Positions 53,204 to 64,000 of a DNA stretch of 64,000 nt are shown here, one piece after another. Where the stretch lies: assembly GCA_964057225.1 (NCBI GenBank), contig OZ059897.1, positions 14,012,001 to 14,076,000 on the forward strand, written 5' to 3'. Made by a program: the position numbers and the translations under genes. How positions within the stretch are numbered: position 1 is the first letter of the stretch; each line of letters opens with the position of its first letter. Source of the stretch: Auanema rhodensis (Eukaryota; Animalia; Nematoda). The notes under the pieces were generated by a model. The model had not been told where the DNA came from. It saw nothing but the letters and a program-made list of their open reading frames with translations, and searched no databases.

Positions 53204-56164
53204 TGTATAAGATAATTTAGTGAAAACATTTGAACATTTAGCTAATATATGAAAGCAGTGCTTAAAATATAAACGGGGAATTTAGTCTTTTAAATAAATG
53301 ATGTCTATATAGTTATATAAGCAATTGTACAAGAACTTAACGAATGACTGAAAGAGGAGAATTAGACATGATAAGACGAAAAGGAGATAGATGATGTAAG
53401 TGGAATAGACACAAAGAAAAAGAGAGATTATAATAGAATATAGACATACAGAAGACATTCTAATAATTCGGATGTATTTTCTAGATGAAAAGCACAACTG
53501 AACTGAAGAATCAAGCTTCTGAAATATGAAATTGTAACATTCTTTGGAATTCGTCAAAGAATGACTGTCAAAATGTAACAAATCTTTTTCTATTCATGAG
53601 TGCTTTGAGTAATTATGAAAAGTAAACAACTTAGCAGCATCATCATGTCCTTTTGGGCAAACAATACAATAGATGTTCTAAAAAGGAAATTTTTTTTCAT
53701 ATACCTTATTTAAGGTCATATTCAACTTTTTTTCGGGAACAAGCTTGCCAAACATGAACATTACTAGCACGATTACAATGTTGGAGAACTTAGCCCTCAT
53801 GAGAAAGTCGGGGTATTTTTAAACAAGATCCGCCTACCATTCATAAAAACGACAGTTTAAGTGAAATTCCGGCAATTAGATGTTTATAGGAGTTGACTGG
53901 TTATTTCCTGGAACAAGACCAACTACAGATAAATATTAAAAGGAAGGTAAACAGTAATCAGCAGAAACGTTAAAAATGGTCCTAATGATCATGAAATTTC
54001 AAGAGGTTCACAAAATTTATCTTTCTGACATACTGGCCTTATAAAGAAAACTTGCGGGTTGGCAGTAAATAAGACATTGGAGGTACAGAATATTCGAGTT
54101 TTATAACATTTAGTTCTTCTACTCAAATCCAACTGTTCTTTAAAACTGTCCAAGATAGAGATAAGAAAATTCAAGAAATGGACGGAAATGATTTAAATTA
54201 TTAATGGTTAAGACCATTATAAAACGAAAACAATAGTATACCTTAAACAATTTAAAAGATATAAATGAAGACACCATTAGAAAAAGTTGAATAAGAAAAA
54301 GAAAATTCTAATTGAAATATGATTGAAAAAATTGTAGAAACGAATTGTTGTATATTATAATAAATATTTTGAGTTAACTGGTTTGAAAGATAATTATTTG
54401 AGAGAAAAAAACATCTCATTTTCGTTTTCATTCTAACTTTCACTCTAAATTCATGTTTTGGCCTTATTTACCTTTTTATATAAGCTGAACTTTCTCAGCT
54501 AACTTTACGCACCAAACATGACAACTCTAATTGGTTGGGTGTTGTCCAACTAGAATTAAACTCATAAGAGGTAATCTTGTCCTTTATAACATAAGAAATC
54601 CTGTTTCAGTTCTAAGAGGAAAAATGAAAAAGCAACAAGAGTTTATTAAATATGGCTAAGAAGGATTTTTCAATATTAAGTTCATACCTAGTCTAGGTAG
54701 ACTTTATTCATGAAGTTCAAGAAGTTTACCTATGTCAATTTCAAATTATTTTCAAGATCGAAGATAGAATACAGAAAAGGGCTCAATACTTCAAAGTTAC
54801 ATGTTCGTGATCAATGAATCTGAGAAATGAATAAATAACCGGACAGTCCAAATAAGTATGACGATGGATGAAGTCGGAAAAGTTGGAGGTGACAGCTGAC
54901 CCATTATTTTGGAACAGAAAATTTCAAAAAATGAGAAAGGGAAATGAGAAGAAGTCGAAAGTTTACGCAATAGTAACATCAACAATAGATTTTATTTTTA
55001 TAAAAGGAACAAAACTATTGAAATAAATTTAATGTAGCTTAGATATAACACGAAACTCAGCATATCTAATGTCAAATTACTTATGGTTTCGTTGTATTTT
55101 ACATATTCATTCTGATACTAATATATGAAAATATACTTATTATTTGAAAAAATAAATTTTTTTATAGATTTTTCTTAATTATGGAATTCAGTTAATTATA
55201 GAAGTGGAAGTATAAAGGGAGACAAAACCATATCGTTGAAAAAAAAACAAATTGAAATAACAGTTTACTAGGTAAACAATAGTTTGAATTGTTGTTTTAT
55301 TCGTATGCATTATGATATTATATACAATTAGTATTACAATATAAATATATTGAATAGTATAAACTTCAAAAATCTGATAAGGCGACAAACTTTTTTTTGA
55401 TTGAAGAAGGTAGATGGATTGTTTTATGAAAGAATTTTTCCAGAATCCATTCAATTTGACATATATCTTCGGAAGGCTACTACAATCCAATATGCAAATG
55501 ATGGCTTTTGAATGAAAAGAAAAACAGGTCTTAAACTTCTAATAAAGGTGGTCAGGAAGGTGGTCAAAGATGTAATCCATCCCATACTCTTTTCTGATCT
55601 TTGCTTTACCTTGAGTTTCAGATAACAACGATAATAAAGCTTTATGACTATAGCCTTGAAACAGGTATGATTAATGAAAAAACATTAGTTTCCTTACAAT
55701 GTCTCATCCGTCATAGAAGTCTGTATCCTTTTTAAGTATTTTGCCAATATCTCTTCATCGGAATGATAACCACAGAAAACTTTGAAACTTTTCGATTAGT
55801 TATAAAATTAATTATGTAACGATTATGGGAGGATTTTGTAATATAAATATAATGATTAAGTGATCTCTGAGCATTTGCTTTTGATTTTTTTGAAACTTTC
55901 AATAGTCATACTATGACTTTCTTTCAATAGCCATACTCTACAATACTATACATATACGACTTTCTTAGCATATGGTTTACATATAATTTGGTTCAGTTAT
56001 TGTTGTGTATAGCTTACTCAAGTATATAATAAAATAGTTCAGAAATATTCAACATGGCATATTTACGACGTGATCTTATTGAATAGTTTACTCAGTACTG
56101 AATTTTGAAATTTTTTCATTAACGTAGAAGTGTTCAATATAGGGATTGTGAATATGTTTATAAA

Positions 56165-56209
<45 letters not shown>

Positions 56210-56833
56210 TATGCAGTATTCGTTTATCGCTTACTTCTTTGCCGAAAATTTTATTCTTGAGAACCAAGAACAGTTAGAACCAAAACAACTTGAATCTTCC
56301 AAATCGGGGGTTTCTGCATCTTTAATACAACGTAGTTATAAATAGTTAAAACAATGTTCTAAAGACTTCGAGAACAAGAGAGATAATATTGTGTAGGGGC
56401 CATAGATATAATAAGGGGATTTAATAAAAGAAGAGGTATCCCTGATAAAGGAGTAAAAATGTATGCTAGTAACACGTAGAGAAGAATGTTAAATAAATGT
56501 CAAATGATTCGATCAATAAAACTAAATAAAATCTCAAACAGAGGTTTTTGTAATTTCATGAATTCGTTGCATAATAATTAGATAAATTAATCACGTTTGC
56601 TCTGTTAGATACTTTTCTATATTTTTGTGAACTTATACTCAATCTCATTGAATTAAATGAATATGTGAGAAAATTAGAATAGGAAGAAAAGAAAATTTGT
56701 ATAATCTGTTCTTGTATATCTTTGTGAACTTAACTCTAAATATTTAAGAATAAAATATATTCACGTACAAATTATTTTCATTTTCTCTACATAATCTATG
56801 AATTATTGGATGAAATAGTTCTTATACTTTCAG

Positions 56834-57020
56834 AAATTCAAAACACTTGTTATTTTGATAGAAATAGTATTTATATCAGGTCCAATGTGCTCAATGTTCA
56901 CGATCCCTTTATATGTATCAGCCCTTCTATGTTTTTCCAAAATAAATAGTATCAGATTCAGAATTAACACATTTAATATTCATGTAACAGATCAAATCGG
57001 TTGTAAAAATTGTACGTGAA
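56834..57020 (+). pseudogene. Orphan 3' exon fragment of the serpentine chemoreceptor family
   Basis: ttcag|AAATTCAAAACACT...GGTCCAATG... resembles the exon at 60452-60580. The downstream aaattgtacgtgaa matches aaattgcacgtga in the paralogues. I found no 5' exons. Confidence 0.55.
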
Positions 57021-58272
57021 GCGACTTCAAGGCATTGTATTTAGAGATATTTGCTTTCTAAGTCAGGTATAAGTCAGTAAATAATCCAAGAAGTGTATAA
57101 TTCAGTGTTTTTTGGATGAAAGAAGGTATTCATCCACTCCACTCCAATATTGATACACTATTTAGTCAGATAATTATTTCTTAATATGATTGATTTCTAC
57201 ATTTAATTAATAAAATAAAATCACAATTAATTTTGTCTACAATATATCATTTTTAATTTTATATATAAATTCTCATGTTAGTATTTGTATGATCGCAATT
57301 AAGTTTGTTTATAAATGTTGAATTGTTAGAATCTTCGAAATTTAATTAAAACCAATGGAAAAGTTTTGGATTTTACTTATTATAGTTGTTCAAATAATTA
57401 ATAATAATTCGTATCCTTTATTTTTAAAAAAATGAGAAAATAAAGATTTACTGTTTTTTAAATTATGTAGCTAACCTTTGATCAAATCATCTTGTTCTAA
57501 AATGTCTCATGCGTTCACTTATTTTATCAACATGCTATTTGATATTAATATGCTTTTTCAAAAGAATTTAAAATCAAGCTTATCAAGTGGAAAACAAAGA
57601 TTCGATTTATACTTAGTTGTACCTCCATGAAACATCGTTGCAACATTGAATGGCAAACAGGTAATTTAGGCGAATAAGTCTTAATTAGGGTCGTAGGAGC
57701 AAATTTTATTTAAAAAAAGGATAAATTTACAGACTTGGAGGTTTAGAGGTTTAGGTGATATACTGATAAACTTCATCGTTTTCTACAGCTTTTCTACCAT
57801 TCTCAAGCTTCCTCTTACAATGGCTATTTATATACAATATTTTCATTATATTCAATGTTTATTTATATTCAATGTTTTTATTATATTCAATAAGTATTTC
57901 CATACAATATTTTTATTATATTCTTTCTTCTTTGTACCGTTTCTTTTGCCTCATGAACCACAATTCTAAGAAATTACTTCTGCTTTCTTTCCCTTTCATA
58001 CGTTTCATTTGTTCCTGCAGAATTTCTATGTATCGAAATTTTATTTTTTACTTTCCTCTAGCGAAAACGAAGAATTGAATGTTAAAAAGAATTATCCAAT
58101 AAATTACTATCAAGCGTTCGTAAATTTGAAACAATACAGTACAAACAAGCAATGTTGTAGTTACGTGAACGAATGACTTTTAAAATTCAAATGTTTTATG
58201 CAGTAAAGAAAACTAAGAATTACAAACGATATTATTAAGCTTAGTATAAGAATAATAATCATGAATATATAG

Positions 58273-58835
58273 GTGATTCCATGGATATTTTGAAGAAAGA
58301 AAGTATAATTATATCATACACCAATTCAGGAATATATGTAGAGTCTTATCTTTATATATGTATAGTGTGTCTTATACTCTTTCTAATTATACTTTCTATA
58401 ATACTAACGTTTATGTGGAAAAGCTTTAACGATCTAAAAAACACGATGTCTCAACAAGCGCTAAGCACACATAAACTATTTTTGAAAGTTAATTTTATTC
58501 AGGTTTCAATTGATTCTTATTTAGTTTTCATAATTAAACTTATAGACTTGTACATTGGTTACATTCGCTTCATTGGGCTTAGTATTCCTAGTGTTGCCAT
58601 ATTTTAATTTTATTGTGATAGGTAACACACGAAATATTGACAAATATTGTTTTCTTTTTCCTTTCAGAAATTCAAAATACTATTGTTATATTGCCTTGAC
58701 GTAGTCTTTACATGTGAACCGATGTATGTGATATATACAGTTCCTTCTTATAGATCAACAATCTTATGTCAGGTTTATAACATTTTATTCTCGTACGTAG
58801 CTTCACGTCCATTATGCAAATTGCACGTGAACTAA
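58273..58835 (+). pseudogene. 5'-truncated serpentine chemoreceptor copy (last exons only)
   Basis: Near-identical to 60056-60640 (MDILKKES...NFIQ, PSYR), but upstream lies unrelated AT-rich DNA instead of the TM1-4 exons. Confidence 0.8.
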
Positions 58836-59433
58836 TTTTTATTAAATGGCAAACCAATTCCTTGAATTAAATTTATTTCAAACTATGAGAAGACTGACGG
58901 TTCTTGAGAATATGAGTAAAAACCGTACAAGCTTTCTTTCGAAATTTTTATTACTTAAGTACTTTATTTTGTGATATTTCGTTAAAGTTTACTCATTATG
59001 ATAATGTTACTGAAGAGGATTTAGAATTTTTTGATAGAAATCTTAACTGGAACTATTGGCAGCCCTTATGTATATTTGAACAAAAAATATTTGTACTTAT
59101 GTTTTATGAAATAAATTCATACTTATCGAACTTTGAGAATTTGATCAGATGAATTCAAAAGAAAATTTAATACGAAATATATGAACATCATTTGATTTTC
59201 ACCTACAAGAATTGAACAGTCATCGAATTTAGTATAGAACATTATACATACGCTTGATTAATATTAACATTTTGATCTTTTGTTTCGTATGCACATTTGA
59301 AGGTAATTTCATATAAAACTCAAGTAGTTGATTGCTACATGTTATGTTAAGATCATTATCAAATATAAGGCGTGAATCTTTGGTTTGCTTCTTATAATTG
59401 CCTTTATTTTATTTGTTTCAGTGCCTTAGTTAT

Positions 59434-60724
59434 ATGATATACGTTGTATACCAGCTTCTGCTTTATATGCTTAGTCCAATAGCTCTAATTTGCTTATTTC
59501 TTGTATGGTATTGTACTCTATTTCATGCTCCATCACATATGGGACAAGAATACAGATTCTTCTTATGCTTTCAATGCTCTTCGTAAGTTGTTCCTTAGTT
59601 CTACAAAAATAAATACAATTTTGTTTGAAGTGGCTTGTTTTTTGCTTTTATTGTCTCTGGCGGTGCCAATGCGATATTTTTAGCTCCTTGTTTTGGAATA
59701 TATATAGCCGGGTTTTTAAAATATTTTGGTATATCTCCACTGACCGTAGCGCTATTCGCCTTTTCTTTAGTATATTGTAAGTTTTTGTAATACAATAAAC
59801 AATATTTAAAGAATTGTTAAGATTATGCAGGATTAACACTAATGATGTTCTATCTACGATATCAGGCATTGCAGTTAAGATCACAAAATAGAATGAAATA
59901 TGTTATATACGGAGTATCATTTGCCGTTTATTTTGTGGTACCTTGGACTCTTTTCATCACAACAAAGCTTGAAAATGTAGAAGAAGTAAATAATGATTGC
60001 TTAAAGGTCTGTTTTTGTAATTAGCCATATCACAATGAATATTCAGATATATAAAGGTGATCCCATGGATATTTTGAAGAAAGAAAGTATAGTTGTATCA
60101 TACACCAATTCAGGAATATATGTAACTAGTTGTCTTTATATATGTATATTCAGTCTTATACTCTTTCTAATTATACTTTCTATAATACTAACGTTTATGT
60201 GGAAAAGCTTTAACGATCTAAAAAACACGATGTCTCAACAAGCGCTAAGCACACATAAACTATTTTTGAAAGTTAATTTTATTCAGGTTTCAATTGATTC
60301 TTATTTAGTTTTCATAATTAAACTTATAGACTTGTACATTGGTTATATTTGCTTCATTGGGCTTAGTATTCCTAGTATGTCCATATTTTAATTTTATTGT
60401 GATAGGTAACACACGAAATATTGACAAATATTGTTTTCTTTTCCCTTTCAGAAATTCAAAATACTAATATTGTATTGCTTTGCGTAATCTTCATATGTGG
60501 ACCGATGTATGCGATATATACAGTTCCTTCTTATAGAGCAGGAATTCTCCATATTTTTAAAATAAACAATATCAAATCAGGTTTATAACATTTTATTTCC
60601 GTACGTAGGTTCACGTCCATTATGCAAATTGCACGTGAGCAAATTTTCTCTTAAATGTGCAAACCAAGCTATTGCTATCAATCTGCGCAAGCTGATTTCA
60701 TATTTCAAGCTCAACGATTTTTGA
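59434..60724 (+). CDS. Nematode serpentine 7TM chemoreceptor (Str superfamily, srh/sri/str-like), apparently full length
   Basis: The spliced ORF is open: MIYVVYQ...WYCTLFHAPSHMGQEYRFFL | ...APCFGIYIAGFL | ...FYLRYQAL | ...MSQQALSTHKLFLKVNFIQ | ...VPSYR. These match the family motifs P..M..Y, R+Q, MS..T...HK.F...Q and P.YR. The exact 3' end is uncertain. Confidence 0.75.
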
Positions 60725-62223
60725 ACTCCTCATATCAACTATTAATTGAAATTCTTCGAATAACTTTAATAAAACAATTTCAGGGTAGTGACGGTTTTTG
60801 AGAACATGAGTAAAAACCGTAGAAGTTTTCAATGAATTCGTTATATAAGAATTGTTCAATTATCTTCCTGATCTCAGTCTTTTATATTTTTGACCAGGCC
60901 TCTCAGAATCACTCAATCAGAATATTATTGCCAGCTCTCTGCATTGTTCACTGCACATACTTTGACGAACCATTGGAAATGAACACCCATTAGCTAGGAG
61001 CGTGTAGAAGTACACGGCAATGAGGATTCTTTTTCAAGAAGTTTCAGAGAGTTCAAACTAGTTCATATATTCAAAGTTTCTTTAAATTGATTTATTATTT
61101 ATATGTTTTTGAATGTTTTATCTCATGCTCAAGATTTTAATAAAAATGCGAAGGCAACGAAATTACGTGATATCTTAGTTTAATTTAGCACAATATATCA
61201 TTTTTAATTTTATATATAAATTCTCATGTTAGTATTTGTATGATCGCAATTAAGTTTGTTTATAAATGTTGAATTGTTAGAATCTTCGAAATTTAATTAA
61301 AACCAATGGAAAAGTTTTGGATTTTACTTATTATAGTTGTTCAAATAATTAATAATAATTCGTATCCTTTATTTTTAAAAAAATGAGAAAATAAAGATTT
61401 ACTGTTTTTTAAATTATGTAGCTAACCTTTGATCAAATCATCTTGTTCTAAAATGTCTCATGCGTTCACTTATTTTATCAACATGCTATTTGATATTAAT
61501 ATGCTTTTTCAAAAGAATTTAAAATCAAGCTTATCAAGTGGAAAACAAAGATTCGATTTATACTTAGTTGTACCTCCATGAAACATCGTTGCAACATTGA
61601 ATGGCAAACAGGTAATTTAGGCGAATAAGTCTTAATTAGGGTCGTAGGAGCAAATTTTATTTAAAAAAAGGATAAATTTACAGACTTGGAGGTTTAGAGG
61701 TTTAGGTGATATACTGATAAACTTCATCGTTTTCTACAGCTTTTCTACCATTCTCAAGCTTCCTCTTGCAATGGCTATTTATATACAATATTTTCATTAT
61801 ATTCAATGTTTATTTATATTCAATGTTTTTATTATATTCAATAAGTATTTCCATACAATATTTTTATTATATTCTTTCTTCTTTGTACCGTTTCTTTTGC
61901 CTCATGAACCACAATTCTAAGAAATTACTTCTGCTTTCTTTCCCTTTCATACGTTTCATTTGTTCCTGCAGAATTTCTATGTATCGAAATTTTATTTTTT
62001 ACTTTCCTCTAGCGAAAACGTAGAATTGAATGTTAAAAAGAATTATCCAATAAATTACTATCAAGCGTTCGTAAATTTGAAACAATACAGTACAAACAAG
62101 CAATGTTGTAGTTACGTGAACGAATGACTTTTAAAATTCAAATGTTTTATGCAGTAAAGAAAACTAAGAATTACAAACGATATTATTAAGCTTAGTATAA
62201 GAATAATAATCATGAATATATAG

Positions 62224-62786
62224 GTGATTCCATGGATATTTTGAAGAAAGAAAGTATAATTATATCATACACCAATTCAGGAATATATGTAGAGTCTTAT
62301 CTTTATATATGTATAGTGTGTCTTATACTCTTTCTAATTATACTTTCTATAATACTAACGTTTATGTGGAAAAGCTTTAACGATCTAAAAAACACGATGT
62401 CTCAACAAGCGCTAAGCACACATAAACTATTTTTGAAAGTTAATTTTATTCAGGTTTCAATTGATTCTTATTTAGTTTTCATAATTAAACTTATAGACTT
62501 GTACATTGGTTACATTCGCTTCATTGGGCTTAGTATTCCTAGTGTTGCCATATTTTAATTTTATTGTGATAGGTAACACACGAAATATTGACAAATATTG
62601 TTTTCTTTTTCCTTTCAGAAATTCAAAATACTATTGTTATATTGCCTTGACGTAGTCTTTACATGTGAACCGATGTATGTGATATATACAGTTCCTTCTT
62701 ATAGATCAACAATCTTATGTCAGGTTTATAACATTTTATTCTCGTACGTAGCTTCACGTCCATTATGCAAATTGCACGTGAACTAA
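62224..62786 (+). pseudogene. Second copy of the 5'-truncated chemoreceptor fragment
   Basis: Translation is identical to that of 58281-58835. Confidence 0.8.
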
Positions 62787-63384
62787 TTTTTATTAAATGG
62801 CAAACCAATTCCTTGAATTAAATTTATTTCAAACTATGAGAATACTGACGGTTCTTGAGAATATGAGTAAAAACCGTACAAGCTTTCTTTCGAAATTTTT
62901 ATTACTTAAGTACTTTATTTTGTGATATTTCGTTAAAGTTTACTCATTATGATAATGTTACTGAAGAGGATTTAGAATTTTTTGATAGAAATCTTAACTG
63001 GAACTATTGGCAGCCCTTATGTATATTTGAACAAAAAATATTTGTATTTATGTTTTATGAAACAAATTCATTCTTATCAAACTGTAAGAATTTTATTAGA
63101 TGAACTCAAAGGAAAATTTAACACGAAATATATAAACATCATTTGATTTTCACCTACAGGAATTGAAAAGTCATCGATTTTAGTATAGAACATTATACAT
63201 ACGCTTGATTAATATTAACATTTTGATCTGGTCTTTCATATGCACATTTGTAAGTAACTTCATATAAAACTCAAGTAGTTGATTGCTACATGTTATGTTA
63301 AGATCATTATCAAATATAAGGCGTGAATCTTTGGTTTGCTTCTTATAATTGCCTTTATTTTATTTGTTTCAGTGCCTTAGTTAT

Positions 63385-64000
63385 ATGATATACGTTGTAT
63401 ACCAGCTTCTGCTTTATATGCTTTGTCCAATAGCTCTAATTTGCTTATTTCTTGTATGGTATTGTACTCTATTTCATGCTCCATCACATATGGGACAAGA
63501 ATATAGAGTATTTTTATGCTTTCAATGCTCTTTGTAAGTTGTTTCTTATTTTTACAACAATTAATGAAACATTGTTTGAAGTGGCTTGTTTTTTGCTTTT
63601 ATTGTCTCTGGTGGTGCGAATCCTATATTTTTAGCTCCTTGTTTCGGAGTATATTTAGCCGGGTTTTTAAAATATTTTGATTTGTATGCGCTGACCGTAG
63701 CGCTATTCGTTTTTTCTTTGATCTATTGTAAGTTTTTGAAAAACTATAAACAATATTTAGAGAATTATTAAGATTATGCAGGATTAACACTAATGATGTT
63801 CTATCTACGATATCAGGCATTGCAGTTAAGATCACAAAATAGAATGAAATATGTTATATACGGAGTATCATTTGCCGTTTATTTTGTGGTACCTTGGACT
63901 CTTTTCATCACAACAAAGCTTGGAAATGTAGAAGAAGTAAAAAATGATTGCTTAAAGGTCTGTTTTTGTAATTGGCCATATCACAATGAATATTCAGATA
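63385..64000 (+). CDS. Serpentine chemoreceptor paralogue, 5' half (cut by window end)
   Basis: Same exon structure as 59434-60049, with multiple amino-acid substitutions. Confidence 0.72.

Larger units (their letters stand above)
57239..64000 (+). repeat. 3951-bp tandem duplication (57239-60049 repeated at 61190-64000, running off the window)
   Basis: The offset is constant at 3951 (58281/62232, 58647/62598, 59398/63349). The shared sequence starts at acaatatatcattttt. Confidence 0.95.

Noticed and set aside
55190-55765. Possible minus-strand pseudogene exons
   Set aside because: There are splice-like signals but multiple stops and no recognisable family motif.
57780-58080. Possible solo LTR or hydrophobic ORF upstream of the truncated chemoreceptor
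   Set aside because: It has only AT-rich ~17-bp imperfect repeats and a TATA-like word; no TG...CA ends, TSD or PBS could be defined.

Overview
This window is AT-rich eukaryotic genomic DNA from a rhabditid (clade V-like) nematode. The genes are intron-dense with mostly 42-55 nt introns, so the ORF track shows only exon fragments; I spliced the genes by hand. The left 27 kb is gene-dense: the 3' part of an SLC7/LAT amino-acid transporter (+), GIGYF/gyf-1 (-), ift-74 (-) with a canonical X-box, a neuropeptide-type GPCR (+), Puf-A/puf-12 (-) head-to-head with proteasome alpha-7 pas-7 (+), and a beta-lactamase-domain gene (-). A 1365-nt intron of that last gene holds an 800-bp hAT deletion derivative, a GC-rich island with interleaved inverted repeats, and a triplicated splice acceptor. 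The rest contains a catalytically dead acireductone-dioxygenase homologue (-), CACHD1 (-), a secreted PAN/apple-domain protein (-), about 9 kb without recognisable genes, and a serpentine chemoreceptor array with a 3951-bp mosaic tandem duplication. The best leads are: a PP1-docking module (RVxF + hydrophobic pair + GILR) in the PUF-12 N-terminus, six RxR(S/T)P repeats in the GPCR tail, the structured intronic island, and the recombinant chemoreceptor duplication. I cannot claim a confirmed novel system. Orthology calls come from recognising motifs, not from database searches.
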